In this document: piece by piece, positions 34,550 through 48,832 of the stretch
How positions within the stretch are numbered: position 1 is the stretch's first letter
Layout: each line of letters begins with the position of its first letter
Source: Scyliorhinus canicula
Lineage: Eukaryota
DNA: 64,000 nucleotides
Assembly: GCF_902713615.1 (NCBI RefSeq)
Contig: NC_052175.1
Coordinates: forward strand, 310,001 to 374,000
Reading direction: 5' to 3'
The notes under the pieces: generated by a model
Databases searched by the model: none
Told to the model about the DNA's origin: nothing
What the model saw: the letters and a program-made list of their open reading frames with translations, nothing else
Program-made: the position numbers and the translations under genes

Positions 34550-34690
34550 GCCATAGGCTGCTTCCCCTTTGAGTGGGAGGGCTGACTGGTGGTGAGTAAA
34601 CCTAAAGATCGCCACACCTCATGCGAGCGGCAAAGGTTCAGGAGGCGGGCCCCTTATGAATATCCTCAGCCTGTACGTGAGTTTAACTTC
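34550..34690 (-). mobile_element. Probable SINE fragment of another family
   Basis: ataggctgcttcccctttgagtgggagggctgactggtggtg...gaatatcctcagcc, which I recognise as a common shark short repeat; assigned from memory only. Confidence 0.45.
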
Positions 34691-37515
34691 ATCAACAAAC
34701 TCTCGAGGCAGATGGTCTAAACAGGCCCTGAATACTCAGGAACGGATGTGGGGAGTGATGTATGAAATTTCCCATGATTCAATATTTCCTTTACACAGGA
34801 ATTATTGATTGAAACCAATATGTCAGAGGTGGAAGTTTAGAAAGAAGGGGTGGATTTGTTACTATGCCCTCGACAAGTGCTGGATTTCCTTGTTGAGTCA
34901 GGACCAGTTCTGATCTGATTATTAGGAATTCAGTCTATCATCTTAGCGCCATGTCCTGACTCCACTTCGATGGACCTTCCTCTTGTTCTGTCTAGATATT
35001 ACAATTCATGTCTCCATTCTGATTACTCCGGATGAGCAGATACAAGCATGTTACACTGAGTCACACCAAAGATATCTGCCGATATAAATAAACTCTTTCA
35101 ATATCAATCTCCCAGAAATTTCCCAACCAATCTCTTGATGATTGAAATTAACGTGCAACAGCATTCTAATTGTTAATGTGGATTTAGATAGTGCGGCAGG
35201 AGCAGAGGGGACGAATGGGCAGTTGCTTGCTGGAAATGGCCTTCCGATATTGCGAATGATGTAGAGGATTAATAATAATAGCGTTTAATTTCCCATGCAA
35301 AAGTGTACAATTGTATTTGGTTTCACATCCAGTACAGCAGTAAAAACACTTCAAAAGAATAAATATTGCCTGCATGCCACCATTCATACATTTGCGAATA
35401 TATATCATGCATCCATACCACGCACGCATAAGAAATTTCACTAAATATCTGTGAAAAACAGCAAGTTAAATTAACATTATGTTATTCAGTGCTCATGGCA
35501 CTGGGAACAAACTACCTCTTGATCCGATTCTTCCACGCAATAGGCGTTATAAAGCATCGGCTCAAAGAGTGAGAGGGACTACCGGTGATGGTCTGAACTT
35601 TCCTCTGAGCTCTATTGTGAAACAAATTATTGAGCTGCGTCTGCTGTCTACCAAGGGGTTTACCTGAAGTGTTGACAATTCTGGCGAGCTTACCTTGGTT
35701 GTTCACACTGAGGTAACCACGAGCAGAATGCCATGTTGACCGTTAAAACACTGTCTACCAGATCTTTGTATACCTTCTCTGAAGCATTATGTTTCATTTC
35801 AAACACTTTTAGTTTCTAATTAAAAACAAACACTGACTAACCATTTTTAAATATTCTGCCGGCGTTCTGTCTGTGATGCTCAGCTTCTGGTATATATATG
35901 TTCCCAGACACTTGAAACACACTTCAAACTTTGCGGATTGATCATTAACATACACAGCGTCACACGTATGTAGGCCATTGATATACAAAAGTAGTGCTTA
36001 CAAATCTGAAGAGAATTCAATTGGCGGGGTTACTGAAGAGTGGCCATACGATCAAAGTAGAATCCAGGGAGAAAGTGGTAAATGGAAATTGGTGTTCAAT
36101 CTCACCATTGGAAAGTCAAAGTAACTGCTTCAACATGTAGAAAAGTCACGTTACAGAAGGAGGCCATTTGGCCACCTTGTCCATGCCGGCGCCAGGACAC
36201 TCAGATTCCATTCCTCATCCCACTATCTCCCGCCAGTCTCGTGTATTCTAAATAGAGATAGAGTTGACAAATTATAAACATAAAGATGGAAAGAGTAAGA
36301 TGTTGGAGATATCTTGGTCAGATAATTATACGTGGACACAGGGACTCGTAATTATAAAGAGATGACACAAAAGTCATTCAATAAACGAGTGGTTTGGCCC
36401 TCCCAATCGCGCCCTGTAAACATTCCAGTGGATAGTAAAGGAATTGGATTCCAAACTCCTCACCAAACACAGGAACAATCCAGGCAATTTCAGCCTTTGG
36501 TGTAATAATGAGGGAAGTGATTGGACAGCTTTTTGGGATGGAGAGTTTCAGTTCGAACACAATTGTACTTAGACTCCTGATTATTTGAGAAGGAATCGCA
36601 AGTTTTCGCCGTGCAGACCAAATTGGACCCTTTTCCACCTACCAAGGGCATCCCTCAGAGTTCCTTCTTTTCACAAATAAATGACAGAATCACTGTCCTG
36701 GACAGCCAGAATGATCAGAGAGCAGAGAGTCGATGTGTCCATACAAAGCCGTGTATTTTGTCACCGGATGATTCTGGTGCTGCCGTTCATTCAAGCAGAT
36801 CGGACACGCTGACAAACAAGTCTGGTGATTGCGCACATTTTAGGTTGTTCAAAGTCAGAGAGTCTGAATTGGCGGAGTCTGGGGCATATCTACCTGAAAC
36901 ACAATAACTGTGTGGCAAAATCATTCAGAAGTGTTTCTGTTGTAGCAGGGAAAGAGACAATATTCCGAATGAAGAACGATGTGCAAGAGTAAGCAGTAAA
37001 ATAATCCATTCCCTCAATAATTAATCCAGTTTGAATCAAATGCCGAGGGCAACAATTGAATCAATACCAGGACAAAGAGGGCAAGTGACACCATTCAGGA
37101 CTAATGCAAGTACAGTGAACTTTGCAATGTGTGGAAAGCTGCAACCAAGTTACGGCAGAGTAAGAGCTCAAAATCAACAGTGTGTCAATGGCCAAGGTGA
37201 TGTTTCTTTTATTTGTCTGTGTTCAGGGCCAATCATTGATCTTGGTACACAGGAGCGAACGCCTTCTTCCCCCACGCTCACACCAATGACAGACACACAC
37301 ATACACACAGACAAACACACATCGCTCTTCCGCTCAGAGAAAACATGTTTTTCTGAAAAGCCCAGAAGGGCAGGCAAGGCTCTTCGATTTAATATCTCAT
37401 GCCAATATTATGGAATAATGGTAAGGGAGTTAATTCCCACACGGGGGACGATATCAATTGCCCATCCCCTGCAATTGGACAGTTCTGAATGAGGAATGAA
37501 GAGGTCTGATTCGGG

Positions 37516-37710
37516 AATGAAATGAAAATGAAATGAAATGAAAATCGCTTATTGTCACGAGTAGGCTTCAATGAAGTTACTGTGAAAAGCCCCTAGTCGC
37601 CACATTCCGGCGCCTGTCCGGGGAGGCTGGTATGGGAATCGAGCCGTGCTGCTGGCCTGCTTGGTCTGCTTTAAAAGCCAGCGATTTAGCTGAGTGAGCT
37701 AAACCAGCCC
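37516..37710 (-). mobile_element. Full-length tRNA-derived SINE with (tttca)n tail
   Basis: Minus strand gggctggtttagctcactcagctaaatcgctggc...gattcccataccagcc...gcgattttcatttcatttc. Confidence 0.9.
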
Positions 37711-37893
37711 AGCGTGTCGTCCTCCTTTTGTGCCTGTGCCAAATCTTGAATATTCGTCAGTGAGACCTGGACTGCGTGTCCTGGGGCACTCTCGAGGGGT
37801 TGCCAAAAGTGGCCATGTCGTGAGCCTGCTTTTGCTGGGGCGTTTCCTTTTACGTTACCGGGTGGGGAGGAACGATGATGGCTTCTAACTTTT

Positions 37894-38710
37894 GTGAGGT
37901 GGCAAATTGAGTTTAATGTAGAGAAGTGTGAGGTGATTCACTTTGGAAAGAATAACAGGAATGCGGAATATTTGGCTATTGGTAATGGTAAAATTCTTGG
38001 CAGTGTGGATGAGCAGAGGGATCTCGGTGTCCATGTACATAGATCCCTGAAAGTTGCCACCCAGGTTGATAGGGTTGTGAAGAAGGCCTATTGTGTGTTG
38101 GCATTTATTGGGAGAGGGATTGAGTTCCGGAGCCATGAGGTCATGTTGCAGCTGTACAAAACTCTGGTACGGCTGCATTTGGAGTATTGCGTACAGTTCT
38201 GGTCGCCTCATTATAGGAAGGACGTGGAAGCTTTGGAACGGGTGCAGAGGAGATTTACCAGGATGTTGCCTGGTATGGAGGGAAAATCTTATGAGGAAAG
38301 GCTGATGGACTTGAGATTGTTTTCGTTGGAGAGAAGAAGGTTAAGAGGTGACTTAATAGAGGCATACAAATTGATCAGAGGGTTAGATAGGGTGGACAGT
38401 GAGAGCCTTCTCCCGCGGATGGAGGTGGCTTGCACGATGGGACATAGCCATAAATTGATGGGTAATAGATATAGGACAGAGGTCAGAGGTAGTTTTTTTA
38501 CGCAAAGAGTGGTGAGGCCGTGGAATGCCCTACATGCAACAGTAGTGAACTCGCCAACATTGAGGGCATTTAAAAGTTTATTGGATAAGCATTTGGATGA
38601 TAATGTCATAGTGTAGGTTAAATGGCCTTTAGTTTTTGACTTCCCATGTCGGTGCAACATCGGGGGCCGAGGGGCCTGTACTGCGCTGTTTCGTTCTATG
38701 TGCTATGTTC
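37894..38710 (+). mobile_element. 5'-truncated CR1 (RT C-terminus and 3' tail)
   Basis: ORF 37894..38616, WQIEFNVEKC...[15 protein letters not shown]; same subfamily as 16890-20474. Confidence 0.95.
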
Positions 38711-38714
38711 GAAA

Positions 38715-41700
38715 CTCCATCTACAATCTCTCCGCCTAAGTCTACAAACGACCTAAATCTTGCTGTATCCTCTGACAGTCCTCATCGCTATCCGCAATTC
38801 CACAAACCTTTGTGTCGCCTGCAAACTTACTAATCAGATCAGTTACATTTTCCTCCAAATTATTCTATATATTACGAACAGCAAAGGTCCCAGCACTGAT
38901 CCCTGCGGAACACCACTAATCACAGCGCTCCAATCAGAAAAGCACCCTTCCATTGCTACTGCCTGCCTTCTCTGACCGAGCCAGTTCTGCATCCATCTTG
39001 CCAGCTCACCCCTGATCTCGTTTGACCTCACCTTTTGTACCAGTCCGCCACGAGGGGCTTTGTCAACGGCCTTACAGAAGTACATATAGACAACATCCAC
39101 CGCCCTACCTGCAGCAATCATCTTTGTGACTTCCTCGAAAAACTCCATAAAGTTAGTGAGACAATACCTCCCCTTCACAAAACCGTGCTGCATCTTGCTA
39201 ATACGCACATTTGCTTCCAAGTGGAGTAGATTATGTCGAAGAATTCTCTCCAGGAGTTTCCCTACCACTGACGTAGAGCTCACAAGTCTCTATTTCCCTG
39301 GATTATCGTCGCAGCCCTTCTTAAAAATAGGAACAACATTGACTATTCTCCAGTGCTCCAGGACATCACCTGAAGACAGTGAGAATCCAACGATTTCTGT
39401 CAAGGCCTCAGAAATTTCCTCGCTTGCCTCCTTAAGTATTTTGGGGCTGATCTCATCTGATCCTGGGGACGTATAACAAAGAACAACAAAGAACAAAGAA
39501 AAGTACAGCACGGTAATATGCCTTTCGGCCCCCCAAGCCTGTGCCGACCATGCTGCCTGTCGAAACTAAAATATTCTGTACTTCTGGGGTCCGCATCCCT
39601 CTATTACCATCCTATTGATGTTTTTGTCAAGATGTCTCTCAAATGTCACTATCGTCCCTGCTTCCACCACCTCCTCCGGCAGCGAATTCCAGGCACCCAC
39701 AACCCTCTGTGTAAAACGCTTGCCTCGTACATCTCCTCTAAACCTTGCCCCTCGAACCTTTAACCTCAGCCCCCTAGTAATTGAACCCTATACCCTAGGT
39801 ATAATACTGTGACTATCCACCCTGTTTATGCCCCTCATAATTTTTCGAACTCTATCAGGTCGCCCCACAACCTCCGTCGTTCCAGTGAGAACAAACCGAG
39901 TTTATTGAAACTCTCCTCATAGCTAATGTCCTCCATACCAGGCAACATCCTGGTAAATCTCTTCTGCAGCCTCGCTAAAGCCTCCACATCCTTCTGCGAG
40001 TGTGTCGACCAGAATTGAACACTATACTCCAAGTGTGGCCAAACTCAGGTTCTATACAGCTGCAATATGACATGACCAATTTTTATAATCAATGGCCCGG
40101 CCAATGATGGCAAGCATGCCATATGCCTTCTTGACTATCTTCTCCACCTGTGTTGCCCCTTTCAGTGACCTGTGAACCTGTACACCTCGATCGCTCTGAC
40201 TGTCAATAATCTTGAGGGTTCTACCATTCACTGCATATTCCCTACCTGCATTAATACTTCCAAAATGCATTACCTCACATTTTCTGCATTAAACTCCATC
40301 TGCCATCTCTCCGCCCAAGTCGCCATACGATCTAACTCCTGCTGCCCCCTCTTACTGTCCTCATCGCTATCCTCAATTCCACCAACCTGTGTGTCGTCTG
40401 CAAACTTACTAATCAGACCAGTTACATTTTCCTCCAAATCATTTATATATACTTCGAACAGCAAAGGTCACAACACTGCTCCCTGTGGAACAGAATTGGT
40501 CACAGCCCTCCAATTAGAAAAGCACCTTTCCATTCCTACTCTCGCCTTCTATGACCTAGCCAGTTCTATATCCACCTTGCCAGCTCACACCTGATCCCGT
40601 GTGACTTCATCTTGTATGCCAGTTTGACGTGAGGGATCTTCTCAAAGGCCTTACTGAAGTCCATATAGATAACACCCACTGCCCTACTTGCATCAATCAA
40701 CTTTGTGACCTGCTAGAAAAACTATCAAATTAGTGAGACACGACCTCTCCTTCACAAAACCGAGCAGCATCTCGCTAATACGTCGGTTTGCTTACAAATA
40801 GGAGCAGATCCTGTCCCGAAGCTTTGTCTTCAATAATTTCCCTACCACTGACGTAAGGCCCACAGGCCTGTAGTTCCCTGGATTATCATTGCTATCCTTC
40901 TGAAACAAAGGAAAAGCATTAGCTATTCTCCAGTCTTCCGGGACATCACGTGAAGACAGTGAGGCTCGTAAGATTTCTGTCAAGGATCTAGCAATTGCCC
41001 TTTAGACTCCGTCAATATTCTGTGGGACCGGGGCCATAGGGACAAATCAACCTTAATATTTTTCAAGCCGCCCAACACCTCGTCTTTTTGGATCTGTGTG
41101 ACGCAGGCGATCTACACACCCTTCTCCAAATCAATATCCACCAATTCCTTCTCTTTGGTGAATACTGATGCAAAGTATTCGTTTAGTACCTCACCCATTC
41201 CCTCTGGCTCCAAACGTAGATTCCCTCGCCTGTCCTTCAGTGGGCCAGCCTTTTACCTGGCTGCCCTCTTGCTTTTTATGTACGTGTAAAATTCCTTGCC
41301 ATTTTCCTTAACCCTATTTGAAAAATTACATTTCGTGACCCCTTTTACCGCACCTGACTGCTTGCGTAAGTTACTTCCTGCATTCCTGAAATTCCACACA
41401 GGCTTCGTCTGCTCTCAGCCTTCTAGTCCTGACAAATGCCTCTCTTTTCTTTTTGATGACGCCTATATCTGTCGTTATCCAAGGTTCCCGAAATTTGCCG
41501 TATTTATCCTTCTTCTGCACTGAAACATCCCGGTCCTGAAGCTCTTTCAACTGTCATTTGAAAGCCTCCTACATGTCAGATGTTTATTTACCCTCAAATA
41601 CCTCCCCCCCCCATCAATCTAGGTTCTTCAGTTCCTTACTAATATTGTTATAATTGCACCTCCCCCCAATTTAGCACATTCACGCCAGGACCACTCTTAT

Positions 41701-42090
41701 CCTTGTCCACTAGCACATTACAACTTAATCAATTGAGGTCACTGTTCCCGAACTGTTCCCCGACTGAAATTCTACCACCTGGCCGGGCTCATTCTCCTAT
41801 ACCAGGTCCAGTATAGCCCCTTCCCTAGTTGAATATCTACATCTTGTTTGAAGAAGCCCTTCTGGATGCTCCTGACAAACTCTGCCCCATCCAAGCCCCC
41901 AGCACTAAGTTATTCCCAGACAGTATTGGGAAGTTAGAGTCTCACATCACAACAACCCTGTTGCCTTTACTCCTATCCAAAATCTGTCTACCTATCTGCT
42001 CCTCTATCTCACGCTGGCTGCTGGGTGGCCTGTTGTAAGCCCCCAACATTGTGACTGCACCCTGCATATTCCTGATCTCTACCCATGTTT
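38715..42090 (-). mobile_element. Composite of nested minus-strand CR1 fragments (RT, linker, EN), with an inner 3' end at about 39474-40590
   Basis: GVPQGSVLGPLLF, KFADDTQ and WRIANAFP motifs; inner tail revcomp of aacaaagaacaaagaaaagtacagc. Confidence 0.88.
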
Positions 42091-45005
42091 GCTCTGAGTG
42101 CTGAATTTGGGTGCATTTGAGTGCTTTCGTGAGAGTTTGGTCACTGAGGGATAATCAGGGTTCTTTTTTATCTAAAGTCTAGTCTTTCTTTTATTTTGTT
42201 AATTAAGGTAAAAGTTGTTTGGTTTAGAAAAAGGTAAATTTTCAATCAGCTTTAAACAAAGGTTGTACATGTCGGTACTTGTAGCTGGAGATTGTTAATT
42301 AGTTATTTTGATTAGGCCAGCTTTCGGAGTCTAGATTCACAGTATAAAGGTGAGCCAGATACAGTGCAGACTTTTTTTACACTGCTGATTTTGTGTGCAT
42401 TTCAGCGCTGTAGTGAGAGTTTGGTGACTGAGGGAGTTAGGTCAGGAGGAAGGAAGGTGTTCATTCCATGTCATTCCTAACTTTCCTCAAAGAGCGTGAA
42501 GGGAGCCGGGAGATGACAGAGAGTGCAGCTGACAGGGAGCAGAGTAGGAGAGCAGTGTTCCAGTTGGTCCACAGTGCAGCAGTATTCTATAAGATAAGAG
42601 GGGATGGAGGGTCGCGTGTGGGTGGCGAGGGATACCACCGGTGTCGCCGCTGATTATACCTGCGTGAAGTCTACCCAGCTACAGCTCCTCAGAGACCATG
42701 TTATGGAACTGGAGCTGGAGCTGGATGAGCCTCGGATCATCCGGGAGGCAGAAGGGGTAATAGACAAGAGTTACAGGGAGGTAACCACCCCAATGGTACT
42801 GGGCAAGAGTAGCTGGGTAACCGCCAGTGGAAAGAAAACGAACTTGTAGACAGGCCCCGGACAGGCGCCGGAATGTGACGACTAGCGGCTTTTCACAGTA
42901 ACTTCATTGAAGCCTACCCGTGACAATAAACGATTTTCATTTCATTTCATTTCATTCTCCTTCAATATAAATATACCTTTTTGGATTCTATTGGGGAGAA
43001 TTACTTATGGGGAAAGAATATGCGGCCAGGTCTCTCGGACCGGCTGGCTCTGGGGCTCAGGAGGGAAGGGGGAGAATAGAAAAGCAATAGTGATAGGAGA
43101 CTCAATGGTTCGGGGAATAGGTGGTTCTATGGTCGCGAGCGAGACTCTCGGAAGATATAATGGCTCGCGGGTGCCAGGGCCAGGGATGTCTCAGATCGTG
43201 TCTTCGGGATCCTTAGGGGGGAGGGAGAGCAGCCAGATGTCGTGGTGCACATTGGTACAAACGACGTCGGTAGGAAAATTGGTGTGCATGTAATAAACGA
43301 GTTTAGGGAATTAGGCTGGAAGTTAAAAGCCAGGACAGGCAGAGTTGTCATCTCTGATTTGTTGCCGGTGCCACGTGATACCGAGGCTAGGAATAGGGAG
43401 AGAATGTTGAAGACATGGCTGCAGGAATTGTGTCGGAGGGAGGGCTTCAGTTATTTGGATTATTGAAGCGCAAGGAATAGATAGGATAGATGCGGGCAGG
43501 TTGTTTCCACTGGCGGGTGAAAGCAGAACAAGGGGGCAGACCCGCAAAATAAGGGGGAAGTAGATTTAGGACTGAGTTTAGGAGGAACTTCTTCACCCAA
43601 AGTGTTGTGAATCTACTGAATTCCTTGCCCAGTGAAGCAGTTGAGGCTGCTTCATTACATGTTTTTAAGGTAAAGATGGATAGTTTTTTGAAGAATAAAG
43701 GGATTAAGGGTTATGGTGTTCGGGCCGGAAAGTGGAGCTGAGTCCACAAAAGATCAGTCATGATCTCATTGAATGGCGGAGCAGGCTCGAGGGGCCAGGT
43801 GGCTTACTCCTGCTCCTAGTTCTTATTATCTTATTATCTTATTTTCCTGGGGAAGGTGGGGTCTGTACAAGCAGGACGGGTTGCATCCGAACCAGAGGGG
43901 CACCAATATCCTGGGAGGGAGGTTTTCTGGTACTCTTCGGGAGGATGTAAACTAATTTGGCTGGGGTCTGGGAACCGGATTTTTACTCCAGCAACTAAGG
44001 CAGCCAATGTTCAGAACGTCAAAACGTACAGACTCCAGAAAATGGTGGTGGGTCAAGTACTCAGCCTGGAGCCCAGTTACCAGTTCTGGGTCCTCTGCTG
44101 TTTTTGACTTTCATTAATGACTTGGATGAGGGAGTTGAAGGGTGTGCCAGTAAATTTGCAGACAATACGAAGATTGGTGGACTTGTGGATCGGAACGAGG
44201 GCTGTTGTCGGCTGCAAAGAGACATAGATAGGATGCAGAGCTGGGATGAGAAGAGGCAGATGGAGTTTAACCCTGAAAACTTTGAGGTTTTCCATTTTGG
44301 AAGGACAAATATGTATGCGGAATATAGGGTTAACGGTAGGGTTCTTCGCAATGTGGAGGAGCAGAGAGATCTTGTGGTCTATGTTCATAGATCTTTTAAA
44401 GTTGCCACTCAAGTAGATAGAGCTGTGAAGAAGGCCTATGGTGTGCTAGCGTTCATCAGCAAAGGGGTTTAATTTAAGAGCTGCGTAGTGATGATGCAGC
44501 AGTAAACAAGCTTGGTAAGGCCACATTTGGAATACTGTGTGCAGTTCTGGTCGCCTCATTTTAGTAAGGATGTAGAAACTTTGGAAAAGGTGCAAATGAG
44601 ATTTACCAGGATGTTGCCTGGAATTGAGAATATATGTTACCACGAAAGATTGAGGGTGCTAGGTCTTTTCTCATTCGAACGGAGAAGGATGAGGGGAGAC
44701 TTGTTAGGGGTTTATAAGATGATGAGGAGAATCGATAGAGTAGGCACACCTTTGCAAGTTGATAGAAATTTAATGTGAATGGTGGAAATATACCGGGGAT
44801 ATCAGAGGTAGTTTCTTTACGAAGGAAGTAGTGCGGGCATGAAATGCACTGCTTGTGGTAGTAGTTGAGTCGGAAACATTGGGGATCTTCAAGCGGCTAT
44901 TGGATAGGTAAATTGATTAATTTGTTCTTAATCCAGGACAAAACTTCGGCACAACATCGTGGGCCGAATGGCCTGTTCTGTGTTGTATGTTTCTATGTTC
45001 TACGT
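42087..45005 (+). mobile_element. CR1 with 5' UTR, decayed ORF1, a large ORF2 deletion and 3' tail; nested SINE (42853-42956) and CR1 3' end (about 43465-43830)
   Basis: YTCVKSTQLQLLRDHVMELELELDE, IGDSMVRG, HIGTNDV, KQDGLH, KFADNTK; tail gtttctatgttct. Confidence 0.9.
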
Positions 45006-47760
45006 TCTATATCGCCTCGCTGCCCTCTGAAGTGCCCTCCCGCAGTATAGCTGTGATATTCTCCCTAACCAGTAGCGCAACTCCTCCACCACTTTAACAT
45101 CCCACTCTATTCCGCCTGAAACATCGAATCCTGGAACGTTTAGCTGCCAATCTAGTCCTTCCCTCAACCAGGCGTCTGTAATGGCAACAACATCATTGTT
45201 CCAAGTGCTAATCCAGACTCTAGGTTCCTCTGCCTGATCCGTAATACTTCTTGCATTAAAACATATGCACTGCAGGCCATCAGTCCAGCAGTCTTCAGCA
45301 ACATCTCCCTCTCTGCACTCCCTCAGAGCCATACTGGCCCTATTCCCAAGTTCTCCCTCAATTTTTTTCACTTTCTGACCTATTGCTAAGGCCCCCTCCC
45401 GCCCCCGCCATACTAGGTTAACACCCCCCCCCCCCACCGCCGTGTGACACTAGCAAACCTCGCGACCTAAATCTAGCTGAATATTTTTGTACCCGCCCAA
45501 CACCTCGTCCTTTTGGCTCTCAATGCGACACAGGCTATGTACAGACCCTTCTCCAGATTTAACATCCACCAATTCCTTCTCTTTAGTGAATACTGATGAA
45601 AAGCATTCATTTATTACCTCGCCTATTTCATGTGGCTCCACACATAGATTCCCTCCGCTGTCCTTTAGTGTGCCAATCCTTTCCCTGGCTACCCAGGGGT
45701 AGCAGGGTAGCATGGTGGTTAGCATAAATGCTTCACAGCTCCAGTGTCCCAGGTTCGATTCCCGGCTGGGTCACTGTCTGTGTGGAGTCTGCACGTCCTC
45801 CCCCTGTGTGCGTGGGTTTCCTCCGGGTGCTCCGGTTTCCTCCCACAGTCCAAAGATGTGCGGGTTAGGTGGATTGGCCATGCTAAATTGCCCGTAGTGT
45901 CCTAATAAAAGTAAGGTTAAGGGGGGTTGTTGGGTTACGGGTATAGGGTGGATACGTGGGTTTGAGTAGGGTGATCATGGCTCGGCACAACATTGAGGGC
46001 CGAAGGGCCTGTTCTGTGCTGTACTGTTCTATGTTCTATGTTCCCTCTTGCTTTTCATTTACCTGTAAAAAGCATTGGGATTTTCCTCAACCGTATTTGG
46101 CATTAAAATTTAGTGACCCCTTTTTATCTCTCTTGACTCCTTGCTCACGTTACTTTCTACTTTTTAAAATATTCCACACAGGCTTCGTCTGTTCCCAGCG
46201 TTCTAGCCCTGATAAGTGCTTCCTTTTTCTGTTTGACGAGGCCTACAATATCCCTCGGTATCCAAGGTTCCAGAAATTTCCACGATGTATCCTTCTTCCT
46301 CACAGGAAAATGCCGGACCTGAATTCCTTCCAACTCACATTTGAAAGCCTTCCACATGTCAGATGTTGATTTACCCTCAAACATTCTCCCCCCATCTAGG
46401 TTCTTCAGTTCCTGCCTAATATTTTTATAATTAGCCTTCCCCCAATTTAGCACATTCACCCTAGGACCACTCTTACCCTTGTCCACACCCACTTTAAAAC
46501 TAACTGGATTGTGGTCACTGTTCCCGAAATGCTCCCCGACTGAAACGTCTACCACCTGGCCGGGCTGATACCCCAATGCAAGGTCCAGTATAGCCGCTTG
46601 CCTAGATGGTCTATCTACATAGTGTTTTGTTAAGCCCTCATGGATGCTCCTGACAAACTCTGCCCCATCCAATCCCCTAGCACTAAGTGAGTCCCAATAT
46701 TGCAGAAGTTAATTTCCCATCACAACACCCTGTTTCTTTTCCTCCTCTCCAAACTCTGTCTACCTATCTGCTCCTTTATCTCCCGATGGCTGTTGGGTGG
46801 TCTGTAGTGAGCCCCCAACATTGGGACTGCACCCGTCTTATTTTTGATTGCTACTCATACAGCCTAGCTCCATTCTGAGGTGTCCACTCGCAGTACATCT
46901 GTGATATTCTCCATAACCAATAGTGCAAATCCTCCACCACTTTTACATTACCCTCTATCCCGCCTCATAGAAACCCTCCTAGATGCTCCTTATAAACACA
47001 GCCCCGTCCAGGCCCCTAGCACTAAGTGATTCCCAGTCAATATTGGGGAAGTTGACGTCTCCCATCACAACAACCCTGGTGTTTTTACTCGTTTCCAAAA
47101 TCTATGTAGCTATCTGCCCCTCTATCTCCCGCTGGCTGTTGGGAGGCCTTTAGTAAACCCCCAACATTGTGACTGCACCATTAATATTCCTGCTCTCTAC
47201 TCATATCGCCTCGCTGCCATGTGAAGTATCCCCCGGTCGGTGATAATCTCTAAACAGTAGCGCAATTCCGCTCCCCCTTTTACATTCCCCTCTATCCCGC
47301 CTGAAACATCTAAATCCTGGAACGTTTAGCTGCCAATCCTGTCCTTCCCTCAACCAGGTCTCTGTAATGGCAACAACATCATAGTTCCACGTATTAATCC
47401 AAGCCCTAAATTCATCTGCCTTACCTGTTGTAATTATTTCATGAAAACACATGCACTTGAGGCCACCAGTCCCGCAGTCTTCAACAACATCTCCCTCTCT
47501 GCTCTTCCTGAGGGCCATACTGAGCCTATTCCCCAGTGTTCCCTCAATTTTTTCACCTTCTGACCAATTGCTCCGGTGCCCACCCCACTGCCATACTAGT
47601 TTAATCCCTCCCGTGTGATTGTAGCAAACCTCGCGGCCAGGATATTTAGGTCTCTCCAGTTTAGATACAACCCGTCCTTCCTCTACAGGTCACACATGTC
47701 CCGGAAGAGCTCCCAGTGGTCCAGACCCTCCGTCCGATACAGCTGTTTAACTACTTGTTT
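45006..47760 (-). mobile_element. Minus-strand CR1 fragments (ORF1 end, EN, linker) with an HE1-type SINE at 45696-46043
   Basis: WNYDVVAITETWLREG (47201..47518), LDLALGYQPG..SDH (46157..46672), second EN copy at 45000..45437. Confidence 0.88.
45696..46043 (+). mobile_element. HE1-type SINE
   Basis: Nearly identical to 29716-30054 and 61139-61492. Confidence 0.92.
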
Positions 47761-47782
47761 AGCTGCTCTAACTTCCTATTTC

Positions 47783-47926
47783 TGTCTGTGTCTTTGTCTG
47801 TATGTGTCTGGGTGTGTGTCTGTGTTTGTGACTGTGTGTGTGTGCTTGTGGCTGTGTGTGTCTGAATGTGTATGTGTGTCTGTGTGTGTGTTTGTGTGTC
47901 TGTGTGCATGTGCGTGTGTGTGTGTT
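47783..47926 (+). repeat. Imperfect (TG)n/(TC)n microsatellite
   Basis: ctgtgtctttgtctgtatgtgtctgggtgtgtgtc...gtgtgtgtgtt. Confidence 0.9.
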
Positions 47927-48489
47927 CTTGCAGTCTGAGGCTGACGGATATATTCATGTGGTGTGGTGGTTGTTCGCCACAGGGGATGGGCTTCCTTTTA
48001 ATTTATCCTCTTTTCACACAAACAGTGTGTTGAATAACGAAGTGAAAACAACACATTCCTCTTCACCCCGGACTAGAGCAAAATGTTCCCACTCTTTATT
48101 ATTCAGGCGAACAAGTTAAAACGGTACAGCAATAAAATCAGCAAGAGCATAAACATTGCCATTGAAGAGTGGGACATTTTGTTGAATATAGAATCCAATA
48201 TCATACACTCAGCTTTATTGATAAGGGAACAGAATACAAGAGCAAATCGTGGTGTAGTACATGTGAAAGTCTGCGCTGGAGTATTATGTCAATTTCTGGG
48301 CACCGCAGCTCAGGAAGTATTCCAAGGTATTATATGCAGAACAGAAAGGATTCATCTGAATGTTCGTGCTGAGCATCTTCAGTTATTTGTGGATATTAAA
48401 GAAATTAGGTGGGTTTTCCTTGGAGAAGAAAAGTTTGAGAGCATATTTGATGGAGGTCCAGAATCGTGAGTAATGTAGAGGAGATTGGC

Positions 48490-48832
48490 GGGGCAGGGTA
48501 GCATAGTGATTAGCACAGTTGCTTCACAGCTCCAGGGTCCCAGGTTCAATTCCTGGCTTGGATCATTGTCTGTGCGGTGTTTGCACTTTACCCCATGTTT
48601 ACGTGAGTTTCGTCCGGGTGCTGCAGTTTCCTCCCACAGACCAAAAATGTACAGGTGAGGTGGCTTGGCCATGCTAAATTGCCCTTCGTCTCCAAAAAAA
48701 GTTGGGTTGGGTTGTGTGGGATTACTGTGTTACAGGGATAGTGTGGGGTGTGGTCTTAGTTAGGGTGCTCTTTCCAAGGGCCGCTTCAGACTCCATCTGC
48801 TGAATAGCCTTCTGCACTGTAAATTTTATGAA
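48490..48832 (+). mobile_element. HE1-type SINE with aaattctatga-type tail
   Basis: gggcagggtagcatagtgattagcac...ggttcaattcc...gcactgtaaattttatga. Confidence 0.88.

Noticed and set aside
47751-47957. HT-repeat ORF
   Set aside because: Translation of a (CA)n/(TG)n microsatellite.
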